Shown here piece after piece: positions 26,349-39,360 of a stretch of 64,000 bases of DNA (positions within the stretch are counted from its first letter, which is position 1; every line of letters begins with the position of its first letter). The stretch is taken from assembly GCA_047967505.1 (NCBI GenBank), contig CM106538.1. One strand, given 5' to 3'. Under the pieces are notes generated by a model. The model was not told the origin of the DNA. It did not search any database and saw only the letters and a program-made list of their open reading frames with translations. This DNA is from Dipteris shenzhenensis. Taxonomy: Eukaryota. A program made the position numbers and the translations under genes.

Positions 26349-29300
26349 TGTTGGAATGGTCACCTCCCCATGTGTAAGCCCCCATATGATGAGAGCATGG
26401 GGGAGGTAGACCTAGAGATATTGGGGCTGCCACATGGACAGCACATGAGCTGCCATGTGGGAAGCTATCAAGGTAAAGGGCAGGCCATGGACCTGCGATT
26501 GGAGGTGCAGCATGGCGACCTGTTTGGGCAGGCTTGTGCGCAGGGTTATTGCCTGCAGCAGGTCCTGAACAGGGCGCGCACCTAAACGGCTGCGTGGCGG
26601 GGGTCTATGGGCAGGTATGAAGCCTGCAACAGGGTCTCCAGCAGCAACAAAAGGGCAGCCTAGCAGCAGCAGCCCAAAAAGGGCCTGGCTAGGGTCCTTA
26701 TATAGGGCCGGTTGGACCATCCTACCAGCTCGGCCAGCAAGCAGACTGGTCGGTCAGTCTGGTTGGCCAGCATGAGGCTGGTTGGTAGGTCCATTCAAGG
26801 GGGCCTTGTGCCCTGTAAAATTAGGGCTTCCATGCCCTCATTACATTTCATCTGGAGCAGCCAATCCACTAGCAGAAGGAGCAGCAGCAGGGCTACCTTT
26901 GGGCCTACATTCAGGAGGAGAAAGAAGTACCTTGTGCTGCAGACCTAGCTCAGAGGAGGCTGCCCACCTAGACAGCAAGGCGGAGAGGATCACTCTAGAC
27001 AGAGAGTCTACATTTGCTCGAGGTGGAGCATGCGGGCTCAGAGATCTAGTAGTTCTTGACATCTAGTTGGAGAACCTTTTGGTATTGTATCCTGTCCTAC
27101 TTTGTGGATGGACGGAAATATAAAGAGTCGCTTCTATATTTGTTTCTGAGCCTGCTGTGCGTACCCTCTGTTGGGTAATTTCTAACATGGTATCAGAGCC
27201 CAAGTCGGAGGCTCATAGGTGTGGGAGCCTAAAGGCAGGAACCTTGCTGAAGGACGACACTGATTCAGAAGCTCTTGGGAATCGACGTCCATGCTTGGAG
27301 GGCAATGCCCTCGCAAGAAGGGTGACTCAGGTTCAGTCAGGTGCGTTTAGAGTTCTGATCTACTGAATATTGAGTCTGTTTGACTTTGTTGTGTGGTATA
27401 ACAGTAGAGATGTCGACCGCTACAGTCTCTTCAGCCCCTACTCTCCCTTCCTCTAGTTTTCTCTGATTCACTATCCCCAACTTCGGAGAGTCTGGGAAAG
27501 TGGATGGGACCAACTACCCGATCTGGAAGGTGAAGATCTGGAGTCATTTAGTGGCTCGGAAGCTATGGAAATTGACAACGGGAGTGAAGGCGAAGCCGAA
27601 GAACATGGTGGACAGGCAAGGGAAGATGCTCATGGCAATAGACAGAAGGGAGCTTGAAGCTTGGGAAGACGGAGATGCCCATGCCTTGGCATTGATCATA
27701 GGGACTACGGCGGACTTTGTTCTTCCTCATATCCAGATGGCCAAGACGTCAGTAGAAAGAAAGAAAGAAAGAAATTTTATTAGTTTCTTCGGAAGACCGA
27801 TGGGTCTATGAGATTGAAAGAAAACCTGATACAAATCATAGTAAGGGTGGAGCTACTAAACGAGCATCATCACCTGCGCTAAAACCTAAGTCTGATCATA
27901 CATAATCAAATACATATGAGTGACAATGAAAAGAAAAAAAAGATTGGAGCGGAGCGGAATCCTCCGTATGTCATGTCGCCTTGGCTGGTGCATAGGCGGT
28001 GATGGGACGTTGGAGTTCGTTAAGGGGTGCCATGCATCTCGGTCTCTTGGATGAGGCTCGGCGCAAGACGAGAGCCATCGTGACTCCAGTGGGACGTATC
28101 GCGGGTCTAAACAATGATGGGAGGTCTCCTAGAGTGATCTGTCTCCTCGATGTCTCGTGTGTCGTGCTGCGATCGTTGGGTCGAGATCTTTGTCATGTTT
28201 GCGGCTAGAGACTAGACGATCAACGTCACTCGATGGGAAGAACTCTGTGATCCTGCTCGGAGAGGTGTTTGATGATGTGGCCAAGACCCGTTGCCTGAGT
28301 CAGTACTCTTTGTGTCAGACCCTCTCGTGAATGAAGGCCGCGAGGCATCTCTGATCTGGGTAGGCGAGGAATCTGAAAAGGAGCCCGGAGTCGTCTTTGA
28401 AGAGACAGTGGTAGCGACTTCGGATCTCGTAGTACACTGGGCACCTAAAAATAAAATGCTCCTTCGACTCAACCTCCTGACAGTCGCACTATACGCATGT
28501 GACGCTCCCTGGGGATCCCCTCTGCTCTGTCGCTCTATGCGGAGGCGGTGTGATGATACCCGAAACGGTCTGATGGAGATCCGTAGTGAGTGAGGCATAT
28601 GAAGCTCAGTGTACCCCGGTGGTATGATGAATCTCTCCTCCAAAATACGAAGACAGTAATCTCTGTAGAAACTCAGCTTCACTGGAAGCTTCCTTGGCTT
28701 CAACCAGGTCCTAAAGGTGTCTGGCTGGAGAAGATCTTCTCGAATGACCTGGTTGGTGTGGCTCGATCGGGATGGTAGGTGGGAGTATCGGAGGGGCATC
28801 TAACTGTACTGAAAGGGAGGTATCCTATCGATGTGAAACCCTAGTCTCACAAACCATCTGTGAGTCCGTGCATACCAGCATCGCTCGTCTCCCTCTGCTG
28901 CCAGCCTCATGAAGGAATCGAGAGTCAACCATGGCAACCTCTGTTTCCCTTATGTGCAGTCCCCATATGAGAGAGATGTGATGGTCTGAAAGGTTGCATC
29001 TAGTTGGAGTGTAGAAGCACCAAACTCGGCTTGAATGATGTGATGTGGTATAGATGGTTTCCTCCAGATCATCCGTGAGCATGAGGATCTGCAGGCGCTC
29101 CATTTGTGCCCACTCTATCTCTGACATGTCAGGTCCCCAACAAGGGTTGCCATACATACTGACTGGTCGGACCAAGGAGTCTGAAGAGGAGAGCCTTGGT
29201 CCGAGGGTCCTAGAAGTGGGAGTGAAAGCATTGTCTCTCTAGCCGAGCTAGTGAGGCGTATCCCCTACTCAGTTTGGCTTGCATCGCTAGTATCATCGCG

Positions 29301-31857
29301 AAGATCGGGCTGGAGAAGATGACCCCCTAGTAAGTGTATGAGGATACGATTTCAACTGGTGACCCACCGAAAGTAAAAGTAAGCTGCTTCCGTTGCATGT
29401 TTGCTCGAGAGGTGTTAAAGATCATGACCTTGGTCTTGCCAAGGTTGACCTCCAAATCATGGGATAAACAAAAAGCCTGCAATGCATCCAGGTGTCGCTG
29501 AAGCCCCTCGGGTGTGGACGAAAAGAGTGCCGCGTCATTTGCATAAAGAAGAATCCTGATGATGATCCCAGCAAGTGAGCAACCGGTCCCTTCGGAATCC
29601 CCCATGAAAGTCTCAAGCTCATCGATGTAGAGGCCAAACAGGGTTGGTGATAAGGGACAACCCTGTTTGATCCCTATGGTACTCAAGGTATCATCTATCC
29701 AGCCTGCGCCTGTCCGAACTTAACCTGAGACTCTCATAAAGTGCCATGACTGCCCAGAGGATCTCTTGATCAAATCCCAGTGTTTGTAAGTGTGTGATGA
29801 GATGAGCTTGAGGTACTGTGTCAAAGGCTTTGCGAAAATCCACAAAGCAGTAATATACCCTCTCCTTCCGTGATCTAGCCTCCTCAATGACACTCTTGAG
29901 TGTATGTGATCCATAGTCCCATGATCTCGCCTCAAACCAGCCTGATCCTGTGCTCTGAGCCCTCTCATCTCTATGAACAGGTTGACTGACGCATCCAATA
30001 CAGCTGCATAGATCTTGGACATCACATGTCCAATCATGATAGTCCTATAGTTACTCGGGTCCATGGGATCCCCTGCCTTGTGGATGGGGGTGATGGTGTT
30101 GAGTTTCCAAGTGCAGGGGAAGCCAAGGCAAACAGCGTCATTGAATAGCTTTGCTAGGATCGGGGCTAACATGTCAATCCCATATGCGATAAACTCAGTG
30201 CATAGCCCCTCGTGATCCTTAGCTCGGTCATTGTGCAATTTCAATGCGACGTCCTTTGACTCCTCCTTTGGTGAATAACGTGCGAGTGGTGGGGCGAGAA
30301 GTGTATGAGATATGGAGTGGGCTGGTGTGGAACATCATAAAGATGGTGTGCATACGTGTGTCAGACTCTCGTGTCGGTGAGGGGTGATGGAGACCTATGT
30401 TCAAGGAATCTCTGCAAAAAATCCTTGGAGTTGTTGCTGTATAAGATGTTCAACAACTCCTCATTTCGATGAAGAAATGCCTGCTTCTTTCGACGTAGTA
30501 GACGTCGGTACTTGCGTACTGTCTGGTGTGTTTGGGAGGTGACATCTGGTTTCAACTCGGAGTTGTCGGCGGTAAGCCTTGCACTCTGCATCATACCAGT
30601 TGTTGCAAGGTACAGAACAAGAGGTGTTGGTCTAGTGGACCGTGTGGTGTGGGGAAAGATTTGGAGGGCAGCCTCATGGAGTGTGCAACTAATCAGGGCA
30701 GCACGGTCCTCTGAGTGGTATGTGATCGATGTAGGTTACGAGTCTGTTTAGGCGTCCAGAGTAGGCAGGTGAGGCTGTGATCAAAGTGTATCTCGCGGTA
30801 GGTGTCGTGCTTCCTATGTGGTGTGGTGTGGCTAAGCGTGGGGTGGCGATAGTGAAGAATAGGTATGTGTGATTAGCTCTTGGAGGGAGTGGTGCTACGG
30901 TGAAGTCAATGATACATGAAGTGAAGGTAGGGGATCCCATGATGGGCCATCGGTCAAGGCCGTTGTAGATGATGAGATCATGCATCTTACCCAGATCGAG
31001 GAGTGCGTGTCCATATGGAGTAACAGGCCCATGTCGGTCCGATGAGATCCTGGTCATACCTGCTTCGTCTAGGTCCATGTCTGGTAGCATGATAGAGTCG
31101 TCTCAGAAATCCAGGAGTGGTGTCTGGCGCGTGCTCGTCCTGGCGTTGAAGTCCCTAGGCATGGGTCACTCTAAAGGATCTGTACGAGATAGACAATACC
31201 TCTCGGATTTTGCTTCTTCAGCATAACTCTATAATCTCGATATGGAAGGAGATACGGTACATAGCCACTTGATGAAGGTCAAGGTGGTGAGGAATTAATT
31301 GGCATTAGTTGGTCAGAAGGTGGGCTCATGCCATTTGGCCTTGATGCTAGTGAGGAGGCTAACTCGGAGTTTCAAGAGCTTTGTTACGATCGTGACAGCA
31401 GGACAGAGGACCAAACCTCTGATGTTTGAGGAGTTGGGTCTATTACTGCTATAGGAGGAAGCTAGGGAGAAGCTCTACAACGACGACAAAGATGACAAAG
31501 ACGACAAGGCGTTGTTGGCGAAGGATTACGTTGGCAAAGGTAAGGGTAGGCCTAACAGTAGCAAGTCCAAGAAAGATGACTCTGATAACAAGACACTTCC
31601 GAGAGGAAGTAGAAGTGCTTCTACTGTGATACGCTAAGACATTTTGGAAAGGATTGCAGAAAGAAAAGGCGGATCAGAAAAACAAAAGGAGTCCGACTCA
31701 GATTCAGAGGGAGATACAAAGGCCAAAGCAAATGTGGTAATCGTAGAGTTGTTCCTGGTGACATCACCATGTCCCTACACATTGTGTGAGCTCCTGGGAC
31801 CTGGGCAATACTATCAGTCTTTCGCTGTGCGTACCCTCTGTTGGGTAATTTCTAACA
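26349..31857 (+). mobile_element. Ty1/copia element, internally deleted (gag only), inserted in the RTEX-like LINE
   Basis: 5' LTR TGTTGGAA (26349) to TTTCTAACA (27187); PBS 27188-27199; gag [16 protein letters not shown]; 3' LTR remnant ending TTTCTAACA at 31857. TSD ATGGC at 26344-26348 and 31858-31862. Confidence 0.92.
27755..31156 (-). mobile_element. RTEX/RTE-like LINE (inner copy, 5'-truncated), inserted in the Copia gag
   Basis: Begins at GDFNAR; RT GIKQGCPLSPTLFGLYIDEL..LLYANDAAL; C-terminal FRVSSHRLRIE; (TTTC)n tail. Splits the gag sequence TSV|AWVTLKDLYE. Confidence 0.9.
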
Positions 31858-32471
31858 ATGGCACTGATGGCTTGCCTCAGATCATGCGTGAGAGCAAGAG
31901 GATCTGTAGTCACCTTACGCAAGCCCACTCTATGTTTGAGACATCCGACTCCTAACAAGGGCTACTGTACATGCCTGCTGGTTGAACCAAGAGTCAAAGA
32001 GAGGAGCCTTGGTTCGGGGGTCCAAAACGTGTAAGTGGAAGCATTGTTTTCATTAGGCGAGCAAGTGAGGCATACCCCTTGCTCATATGGGCCTGCATTG
32101 TTGGCCTCATTGTGAAAATCGGGCCGGAGAAGGCGATACCCAGGTAGGTATATTAGGAGACAATCTCGACCAATGATCCATTGAATGTGAACTGCTCTCT
32201 GTGCATGATTGCTCGAGATGTGTTGAAGATCATAACCTTGGTCTTGCCAAGGTTGACCTTCAAATCATGTGACTCACAAAAAACTTGTAGTGCATCTAAA
32301 TGTCACTGGAGGCCCTCAGCAGAGGACATTAGAACCATGCCATCTTCGTATAAGAGAATGTGAATCAGAGGACCGGCAAGAGAGCAACCAGTCCCCCCTA
32401 GTGATCCCATGAACGTCTCGAGCTCGTCTATGTAGAGGGCCAAACAAGGTCGATGATATTGGGCAACCTTG

Positions 32472-34643
32472 TTTTTTTTTTTTTTTTCCCATGAAAAAGA
32501 CTTCTATTAAGTAAGAACAAAAACCCGCGAGAGCAAGCTCAAAGCGGAATACATCATGAAATCATGAGGATAATAAAAAACCCCTCAGAGTGAGGTGGAA
32601 AGAAACCAAGGCTGAGGCTGAAAGTGCCATCTCAACCCTGTAGTAGATTCAGAGAAGAAAGGAGAATCCTTCCATTCCCTGAAGAAAGAAGCCCTCCTAG
32701 CTGAGGCTGCACGGGAGTCCCCCTGCATACCCGTCCATACGGCCATCAGAGTGTGTACAATGTCTGTCCAGATACTAGCCAATGTGTGTGCGAGGGATGA
32801 ACCTGAGTACCCTCCATAGCCTCTGTGCATCTGGCTCTCCAGATATGCCAGGCTGCTATGCTCGCTATAATCTCCCAAGAAGTATCCACAGAGGCATGTA
32901 CAGCTGTAAAAGGACGGTGTGGAACCACATCCAACGAGCAGAACTCAACTCGATGACGTCGAACCCAAATGGCCCGAGAGGAGTCAAGTCCCTCATAGAA
33001 AACCTGAGGTCCTGTAAGAGAAAGCCAAGCCACCGAGCCCCAAGTCATAAAGAGTGGGGAATGGGCAAAGTGACTGAAGATCCTGGCTATCCCCATCCAA
33101 ATCAATCTCGCCTGTCTGCAATCCCATAAGCAATGCTGAATAGACTCCGAAGCAGAAAGGCAACGAGGGCAAGTAGGGTCGGCTCCGAATCTGGACCTCC
33201 AAAGGTTCACTGCAATCCCTCCATGAATAGAAAGCCAAAAGAAGATAGTGATCTTTCTATTCCTATGGGATTTCCAGAGCCTCCTCCAGAAGTACCTCTG
33301 CTGACCCGCAGTAATACCAAAAGTCTCCCAATGAGGAACTCTGGAGGGTCTCCAGCCTCTACTACTGAGTTGAAATCTCCTGGCATTACTGACCGTGTAA
33401 CGAAAGAAGGGGATGGTCTTCTCTCGATGCCCCGCGTCAATCCACTCCCACTCTCCGGGGTCCCACTGTAAATACCTGATGGGAACTCCTCCATAGAGCC
33501 AAAGTCTCCAAGACCCGGTGGAGAGTAACTGGGGGTCAGGGTCTAAGAACCACTCTGAATCTGATCCCTGCATCAAAAGGCCTACGACCCTGATAGGCTG
33601 AAAAGTAGACTCAAGCAATATATCATCTGTAGATCTGAGCAATCTGCCACCATCCTGGACACTGAAAACCAAAGCATCCTCCTGTGCATCTCGGAAGGCT
33701 AAGACCTGAAGTGGAACCCCGCCTCTCGAGAAAGTACCTGCCCAAGTGGAGGAAGTGAGGCATATCATCTGTGTCTATCCAAGCCTCTGGAAGGGCTGTC
33801 TCAATCTGCAAGATCCTCCCTGCACTCCCTCTGAGATGTCCTGTCAACCTTGACTTGGTTTCCTCTGGAAGCCTACGGAAAGCTTTCCAAGATCCCAAAG
33901 AAGAAGCAGGTCCCCTCTCCCACCTGGCCCACTGCATGTAGAGTGAGGCACCCAGTGGTCTGCCACGATCATCTAAAATACTGTCGTTCCACATGATGGG
34001 CTGCCTATCAATCTCTTCCCGGGAGGAAGGAGGAATCCTCCGAAGAGAGCTTCTGAAACTAGCCCAAGCTTTCAGAATGGCAACCATGAGAGGGGATGAA
34101 GGTGATCTGAGGTGTGCTGAGGTGAAGATCCATCTAACACTGCTCATCCAGTCTCCTCCTGAGGAAGGTGTGCACCTCTGTATGCTGCTGATAAGAAAGT
34201 CCTTCCACGGTTCCTGTCCTGGCATAAGTCCTCGCACCACTATCTTGCAAAGTAAGGCTCTGCACTGTAAATTTGGATCAATAATATTGAGACCCCCATC
34301 CTGTGTAGGGAGGATGAGGGTCTCCCAAGCCACTCTGGCTAAGGCATCTGCTGTGCCATCAAGCCCACTCCAGAGAAAGTTCATGATCGGTCTTCTGAGC
34401 TGAATGATGCAGTCCCTAGAACGGCACCAACATGAACAAATAAACCAGGCCGTGGCCAAGAGGACCTGGTTGACCACCACAACTCTAGAGGCAAGATCCA
34501 GCTTGGCTGAGCTCCAAAAGAGAAGCTTCCTTCTGATGCTCTCGAACACGGGAGCAAACTGCTGCGTGGTAGAAATACCCAAGCCGACCTGGCAGCCCAA
34601 ATACCTGATAGGCACACCCCTCTGAACCCAAGTGAACCCTATG
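32472..34643 (-). mobile_element. L1-clade LINE, 5'-truncated, relatively young (3' half of ORF2 with zf-RVT)
   Basis: Poly(A) tail (T-run 32472-32487); TSD TGGGCAACCTTGTTT at 32460-32474 and 34644-34658. ORFs 33623-34666 (IRYLGC, VAWETLILPTQDGGLNI) and 32746-33768 (CPRC..ESIQHCLWDC, WHIWRARC) joined by one frameshift. Confidence 0.93.
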
Positions 34644-36559
34644 TGGGCAACCTTGTTTGACCCCAATGGTGCTCATAATCTCCTCCGTCCATTCGGCACC
34701 TGTTCGAACTCAGCCTGAGACTCTCATAGAGTGCCATAACAATCCATATGATCTCCTGGTCATACCCTAACTTCTGCAGGCGTCTGATGAGGCGGGCTTG
34801 TTAGATCGTGTCAGAGGCCTTGCGAAAATCCACAAAGCAGCAATATACTCTCTGCTTCCGTGACCTGGCCTCCTCTATGAAACCCTTGAGTGCAAATACG
34901 TGATCCATGGTCCCGTGGTCGCGTCGAAATCTTGCTTGGCCCTCGGCCCTAAGTCCATGCATCTCCGCAAACCTGTTGAACTCCGTGTCGAGTATTGATG
35001 CATAGATCTTGGACATGACATGCCCAATCATAATGGTCTTGTAGTTTTTCGGGCTCATGGGATATGACATGCCCAATCATAATGGTCTTGTAGTTTTTGT
35101 GAATGAGAGTGATAGTGTTAAGGGTCCACGTGTGTGGGAGGCAAACTGCGTCATTGAAAAGCTTTACTAAGATCGCGGCTAGGATTGCAATCCCATATGC
35201 AAAAAACTCGGTGCATAACCCCCCATGATCTCTCTCTCTCTCTCTCTCTCTGTTGTTGTGGAGCTTCAATGTCGCATCCTTGACATCGCCGTTGGTGAAT
35301 AAAGTGCAGGTGGTAGGGCGAGGTGAGTGTGACAAGTCCGGGGGTGGTTGGTTGGGAACGTCATACAATCTATGCGTGTAGGTGTGCCAGATTTGAGTGT
35401 CAGTGAGGGGGAAGGGTGACTTTCGCTCAAGGAACTTGTGTCGAAAATCTTTGGGGTTACTGTTGAACAGACTGTTCAGTAGTTCCTCCTCATTTCAGCA
35501 AACAAATGCTTGTTTGTTTTGGCGTACTAGGCAACGATACTGGCATATCGTGTCAGGTTCACTCGGAAGGCTATATTTAGCCTCGAGTCAGAGCTGTTGG
35601 CGAAAAGTCTTACATTCTTCATCGTACCAACTAATGCAGGTCACAGAACCAAGAGGTGGAGGTCTAGTGGAATGTGTGGTGTACAGAAAGGCATATAGGG
35701 TAGCCTCGTGTAGTGAGCGGCTAATCAGGGCGGCGCGGTCTTCTAGTAGGGGTATGTAATCAATGTATGTGCATAGTGTGTATAGCCATGCGAAGTAAGC
35801 AGATGATAAGTTGTGATCAAAGTGTATGCCATGATAAGTGGTGTATGTGGCGGTGGTGTGGGTGGTGCTGTGAGACGGGAGGTAGAGATGCCAAAGAAGA
35901 GGCAAGTGTGGTCTGCTCCAGGGGGGAGTGGTGAAATAGAGAAGTCAGTAATGCGTGATGTGAAGGCAGGAGATCCCATGATGTAGTCAAATACGCTAGA
36001 GCCCCCTCCGTGTGGGAAACAAGTGAAGCCACTTGAGGAGGGTCATAGCTCAAGACCATTATAGATGATGAGGTCATGTACCTTACCCAGGTCCAAAAGT
36101 GCATGCTCGTATGATGTGATTGGCCCCTATCTCTCTGCAGAGACCTGTGTCATCCTTGCCTGATCAAGGTCAATGTCTGGTAGCAGTATGGAACCATCTT
36201 GGAAGTCTAGAAGAAATACTTGACGTGTCCTTGCCCTTGAGTTAAAGTTCTCAACAACAAGGAGGACTTGCCCGTGACTCGAAAGATCCAGAATGTCTGG
36301 ATAGAGAGATACATATGGAGACGTCTCACCCTCGTGTATCCCTGGCAAAGTGAGATGTCTCAGGTGGAAAGTAGCATATTGCTATGAAGAGATCATGACT
36401 CTAGTACAATGGTCTAAATTTGCTCTTGAATAGACAATCTAATAGTACAGGGGGCATCTAAATACAAATTGCTCCATTGAGTTATCTCCCTCATGTCACA
36501 TAAAATGCAAATTTGTGCCTCACGTTTGGTGTCCTTTGCTTGTCTTGTCTCAATGTGTA

Positions 36560-37020
36560 GTCAATGAGAGGATACTTTGATGATTTATGCCCAGGCATAT
36601 GGTAAAACCTTCTTTTGAAATGCTCTCTATACTAATTATCCTAGCACCAATCTTAGCAAAGTTATTTAGTGGAGCGAGTTGCATAGGTTTCCCTCACATG
36701 GACCCTCAACACCACATTCTTGATCCCTAAGGTAGGGGATCCCATGAGTCCAAAAAACTACATGACCATCATCGTTGGACATGTCATATCCAAGACTTAT
36801 ACCTCAGCACTCGACACTTGAGTGGGATAGTTTGTGGAGCGTGAGGGTCGTTGTGTAGATAGGTTTTCCAGTAGACCATGTGACGATGGACTACATACTG
36901 CACCTTGAGAGAGATCTTGGAGGAGGCCAAGGCATGCAAGCAGAGAGTTTATTGTTGCTTTGTGGGTTTTCTCAATCCTTTTAACACAGTGCCACAGGCT
37001 TGACTAAAGTGTTTACAAGT
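36560..37020 (+). mobile_element. Degraded RTEX-like RT fragment, opposite orientation
   Basis: Reads ILAPILAKLF..GDPMSPKNYMTIIVGHVISK..RVYCCFVGF, homologous to the LINE copies on minus. Confidence 0.75.
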
Positions 37021-39249
37021 CCTGAGAGTGATAGAATGGACAGAGGAGAGGTGAGGCAAGCTCACCCTAATTTGTATCCTTGGTCTCAATTCTCCTATAT
37101 GCAAATGAGGTGGCCTTAGTCTCCTTCGTGTGAGACACAAAGGAGTCTTGGGAAAACCATATTATGATCATCGACCAATATTGAGAGTGACACATTGTCG
37201 ACGGGGCACTAGTGTAGGTTGTTGCGTCTGATATATCTCTTTTTCAGGTCTGATCTTCTCAATGAGATCAACTATGTAGGCCCGATTGAGCAAAGGGCAT
37301 GTTGTATTTCCTAGACTTGAGTGTCAATGCTTCCGGTTTGATTTTGCTCATCTCCAACTTTCTTGTTCGTATGTATGGCATTCCTTTTTGAGAGCCAGAT
37401 CTATTAGTCCCAAGTACAAACTTTAGCTTGTTTCCACAAATGATCCACCACAAGTCATCCGTTCCACACCATATCTTAAAGCTACCCCCTTATAGCTTGA
37501 TGCAACCTGTTAGATGGTCATGTATCTCCATAGAGTTGAGGTTTTTGAAGTTACGACATTAAGACGAAGCACGTTACCTTGGTTGATCCTAGCCTCATCT
37601 ATGGATTTAGTCTGACGAAGAGAGATAAAAGGAGTCGGTATGCTCAGACATGCACATGGTTTGCAAGCTTGAGGTTCGGGATCAGCTAATGAGGGATGCC
37701 ATAATGTATGCGTGCATATGCGCCATATGGTTGGGTCAATAAGGGGGATGGGGACCTCCACTCAAGAAGCTTTTGTCAAAAGTCCTTGGAGCTGTTAAAC
37801 AAAATTTCCTTCTTATTCTGAGACGAATGAAATCCCTTCTTTTTGGAAGGACAAGACAATGATTCTCTCTCTTGGTCTCTGCCTTAGTCGAAAGAGGGAT
37901 GCTTGGTCTCAAAATTGAGTTGACAGTGCAATGTCTTACACTCATCATAGCAACTATTGCATGTGATCGATTCCAAGGGGGATGGGCGGGTGGATTTGGT
38001 GGTGTAGGGGAGCGGCTCTATCTTCTAGCAGAGGTTGTAGGTGGTGTAGGGGCAAGATTGTGGTCAAAGTGGATCTCTTGATAGACCATGTATGTGTGAG
38101 CGGATATGCTTAGTGTAGGGTGTGATGTTGACAAGCAAAACAACAAGGAGGTATGGTTAGCTTTGAGGGGAAATGACAAGAGGCTCCATAATCATTGCCA
38201 TGGTATGATTCTATAGTAAGGGACCATGGCACTCTTGATGGGCATACATCTTGGTAGAAGTGGAACATACTTAACAAATCCACAAATTTCACTAGTCATG
38301 AATTGGTATGGATATACACACAGAATGCTTTACAAGGAATGTTCTTAAGGTATTTTATGGCTCAAAATGGCCTATAGATATCTAAGGATTGAAGATATAA
38401 TGATTGTATGACCACTATGGGTGCACTCACCACAATGAAATGCGACCTTATAATGGCATGATAATACATACTTGTGTCAGAAATGAAATAGAGGCACTCC
38501 TTTCACGTTAGTAGGCAAAGCCAGTATCAATATTTGTATAACAATATCTGTATCTGTATCTGTATCTATAGAAGTATCTTTCACTACTTCATCATTTGTA
38601 ATAGTACCCATATCACTATCTGCAACAGTATCTAATCAAAACATTGTTTGCCAAGGGTCATTGCATTTCATAATACATAGCATCAAACTCGATAGCGTGC
38701 CCTTTCACCTATTTGTGTTTTGAAGCATTTGAGGCCACATTACAATTGTTTGGGATATCCAATTCTGCTGATGTGTATCGTCGGAGGGGAAAAAATTGAC
38801 GGTTGAAAATTTTGCTACTCCCCCGAATTTTGAATTTTCACATCTCTCGCCCATCAAATCTTAGAAGATTAAGTACCTGCAACCTGTCCCCGCCCTGCAA
38901 ACCACACACACCTCAATGTGACCTTGTGCCGTCTTTGGTTTGGCATTGTCATCTTTCGGGTAAGTTGTCTTCTATTTTGTAGAGCAACAACAGAAAGCTA
39001 TTGCAGATGCACACATTCGATCATTGCCATCAGAGTGAAGAACACGAGCTGTGATGTCACGATTGGTGGTAGCATTCGAGGAAGCAACATCAGGCCATTT
39101 CGGTGAATACTAGTATCAAGTCTTCACAAGCTTTAGCCTGTGCCCTAAAGTTTGTAGAGTGACAACCCTACCAACACCTCAGGAGATGCACGTAGAGCAG
39201 AAGCAATGCCCGATCATCCCGATCCGAGTAGTCTATGGGCTTCAATAGA

Positions 39250-39360
39250 ACGCAAAAAAAGGAGTGTTGGACTATGGTGGATCAAAATCTTCACCAATGT
39301 GGAGAAACATTGCAAGAACTATGATGCATGCCAATGAGTTAGGAGGCCAACCTTATGACC
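39250..39360 (+). mobile_element. Ty3/gypsy integrase Zn-finger fragment
   Basis: Reads GLWWIKIFTNVEKHCKNYDACQ*VRRP. Confidence 0.55.

Larger units (their letters stand above)
25072..36400 (-). mobile_element. RTEX/RTE-like LINE (outer copy), interrupted by a Copia element and an L1
   Basis: APE remnants (LLVVENFNSR, GADH); RT remnants (NYKTIMIGHVMSKIYA, CCFVDFRKASD, GVKQGCP); C-terminal KEHFTFKCPVYYEI. 3' (CT)n tail at 25072-25089. Pieces: 25072-26348, 31863-32474, 34644-~36400. Confidence 0.88.
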
